A stretch of DNA of 64,000 nt from IMG/VR virus record IMGVR_UViG_3300022555_000016, one strand, 5' to 3'. Source of the stretch: an uncultured virus (IMG/VR IMGVR_UViG_3300022555_000016) (lineage: Duplodnaviria > Heunggongvirae > Uroviricota > Caudoviricetes). Within the stretch, counting starts at the first letter, position 1. Every line of letters begins with the position of its first letter. Position numbers and translations under genes: made by a program. Of this stretch, positions 62,505-64,000 are shown piece after piece. The notes under the pieces are model-generated. The model had not been told where the DNA came from. It ran no database searches and worked only from the letters and a program-made list of their open reading frames with translations.

Positions 62505-62737
62505 GTTAATAAGTCCCTTTATTATGAGGCACTTTTTCAAAAGTGACCTTCTTTGTTGAAAATAGATAAAATTTTAGTCATTATAGCAAACAACCAAACC
62601 CACACCCTTAAACTAAAATTAGGATTATTAAAAATATCTATTATAGTTAACTTATAATTTAACGGTACGTATAGCTACTTAGTCATTAAAATCAAGGCAT
62701 TATAGGCAGATAAACATAGTAGAATTTAGACAAAAAG

Positions 62738-62771
62738 AAACCCTGTTGGACAATTAAGCCCAACAGGGTTT
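62738..62771 (-). terminator. hairpin terminator after nrdJ
   Basis: AAACCCTGTTGG/CCAACAGGGTTT with a T tract on the minus strand. Confidence 0.65.
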
Positions 62772-62795
62772 CAGGTTTACAGAGTCAAAGTCAAG

Positions 62796-64000
62796 TTAAC
62801 CACATTTAGAGTAACCGCAGTCTAAACAGGATTGGCACCCTTCTTTACGTATTAAACTAGGCTGTTGGCACTTTGGGCAAATTTCACCCAGCACCTTAGG
62901 CTTAACACTAGAATCAACCTGTTCAATGTTAACTAAACGGTCCTTACTGGTGTCGTGATAGTTAATACTTTGTAAGTGCTGATGTATGATTATACCGATG
63001 TACGCAGTTAAGGATGGGATATATTTACCCTTAACCCATTGACCGCCTTGAGGAGAGTGCGTCTGCAAAAGCTCTTCAATTACGAAACTAGCATCTGTTC
63101 CGTCATCAGCGGAACGACGGAAGATTCCAGATATCATCCGGGTCAAGGCTACGATTAACTCTAGGCTCTCTACGGCTTTAGTATTAACAAAAAGCTCAAA
63201 GGGAAGAACCTTACCGTCTTCCGAAATTATATTGTTAATAGTTATGTAGTAAGCGCGTGAAGAGTCTACACCCCACTTTATCTTATAAGACTTACCTTCC
63301 AGAACATCAGGCCGCTCAGGCTTACCGTTCTTGCTCATTTTCTTAGTAACCTTTTCTTCTTGAGGCAAAGCTTTTAGCTCGTCAGCAGTTACTGCTTCAG
63401 AAGTGACACTTAATATACTACCACGATTAGGATTGGGGCGATAGGTAGTAACTCCCTTACACCCCGTATCGTAAGCGGTCATGTATACAGACTTAAACTC
63501 ATCAAAAGTTATAGACTCAGGACAGTTAACAGTTTTACTAACAGCAGCGTCAATATACGTCTGACAAGCAGCTTGCATAGCTAAATGTTCATCAACAGTA
63601 AGTTCTAAGGCTGTAACCATACTATTAGGCAAACTGCTTAAAGAAGCAGTTACTGGGTCAAGCTTGTTTACTGAACAATATAGCTGCCATCCGCGATCAC
63701 AAACAGCAAACTCCTTAAATGACTCGTCTAACTGGCGAACTTTCCTATAGTACCTGAAAGAAAAAGTTGGCTCCAACCCTGAAGATACATTACCGTAGTA
63801 CAGACTAGTTGTACCATTAGGAGCACAGGTCTGTAGCACGGCATTACGGATACCAGTCTTCCTTATTAACTTTTGAGTATCCTTAGGTAAGTCTTTAAAG
63901 AAATGATTATCACACCACCCTTTACTGTACAAAGGAAAGGCTCCACGCTCTACAGCTAATTCAGCGGACGCGTGATAAACAGTATCACGCCAAGTTTTTA
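62796..64000 (-). CDS. nrdJ: class II (adenosylcobalamin-dependent) ribonucleotide reductase, 5' end outside window
   Basis: ELAVERGAFP, GIRNA..APNGTTS..SSGLEP, HL.MQAA.Q.YID.AVSKTVN, GCKGVTTYR, RP..LEGK domain, CPKC..EGC..C.DCGYSKCG. Confidence 0.93.
   Translation of the reverse strand, partial: KTWRDTVYHASAELAVERGAFPLYSKGWCDNHFFKDLPKDTQKLIRKTGIRNAVLQTCAPNGTTSLYYGNVSSGLEPTFSFRYYRKVRQLDESFKEFAVCDRGWQLYCSVNKLDPVTASLSSLPNSMVTALELTVDEHLAMQAACQTYIDAAVSKTVNCPESITFDEFKSVYMTAYDTGCKGVTTYRPNPNRGSILSVTSEAVTADELKALPQEEKVTKKMSKNGKPERPDVLEGKSYKIKWGVDSSRAYYITINNIISEDGKVLPFELFVNTKAVESLELIVALTRMISGIFRRSADDGTDASFVIEELLQTHSPQGGQWVKGKYIPSLTAYIGIIIHQHLQSINYHDTSKDRLVNIEQVDSSVKPKVLGEICPKCQQPSLIRKEGCQSCLDCGYSKCG

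Noticed and set aside
1..64000. CRISPR array associated with the TnpB or elsewhere
   Set aside because: No run of 25-40 nt repeats with unique spacers was seen by eye; only short tandem duplications and terminator hairpins.

Overview
This 64 kb window looks like part of a large (jumbo-type) lytic dsDNA phage genome, probably infecting an alphaproteobacterium. The host inference rests on an alpha-type SspB, a cyclophilin, Hfq and a tmRNA-like T-loop. Almost all genes lie on the minus strand in dense operons of small hypothetical ORFs, driven by at least 12 sigma70-type promoters (TTGACW-17/18 nt-TAnnnT) and closed by hairpin terminators. Recognisable genes are: primase, SbcD/Mre11 nuclease, RecA-like recombinase, a putative SSB, a sigma factor, DNA MTase, class II RNR (partial), a disrupted dNMP kinase, Thg1, a macrodomain, SspB, Hfq, cyclophilin, orphan antitoxins, BRO, TnpB and tRNA-Lys. 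The most unusual signals are: (1) a 138-nt 'double tRNA' with two complete D/T elbows, one acceptor stem capped by a tetraloop and no normal anticodon arm; (2) two AT-rich cassettes where IS200/IS605 TnpA is followed by multi-HTH endonucleases instead of TnpB, with one TnpA lacking a HUH histidine and the other the catalytic tyrosine; (3) a free-standing, promoter-driven TnpB-type omega-RNA and a separate enlarged TnpB; (4) a CCA-ended RNA with a T-loop like that of alphaproteobacterial tmRNA, plus two more structured RNAs; (5) an Hfq whose proximal RNA pocket is remodelled. All calls come from motif recognition and manual folding; no searches were run. No CRISPR array was seen.
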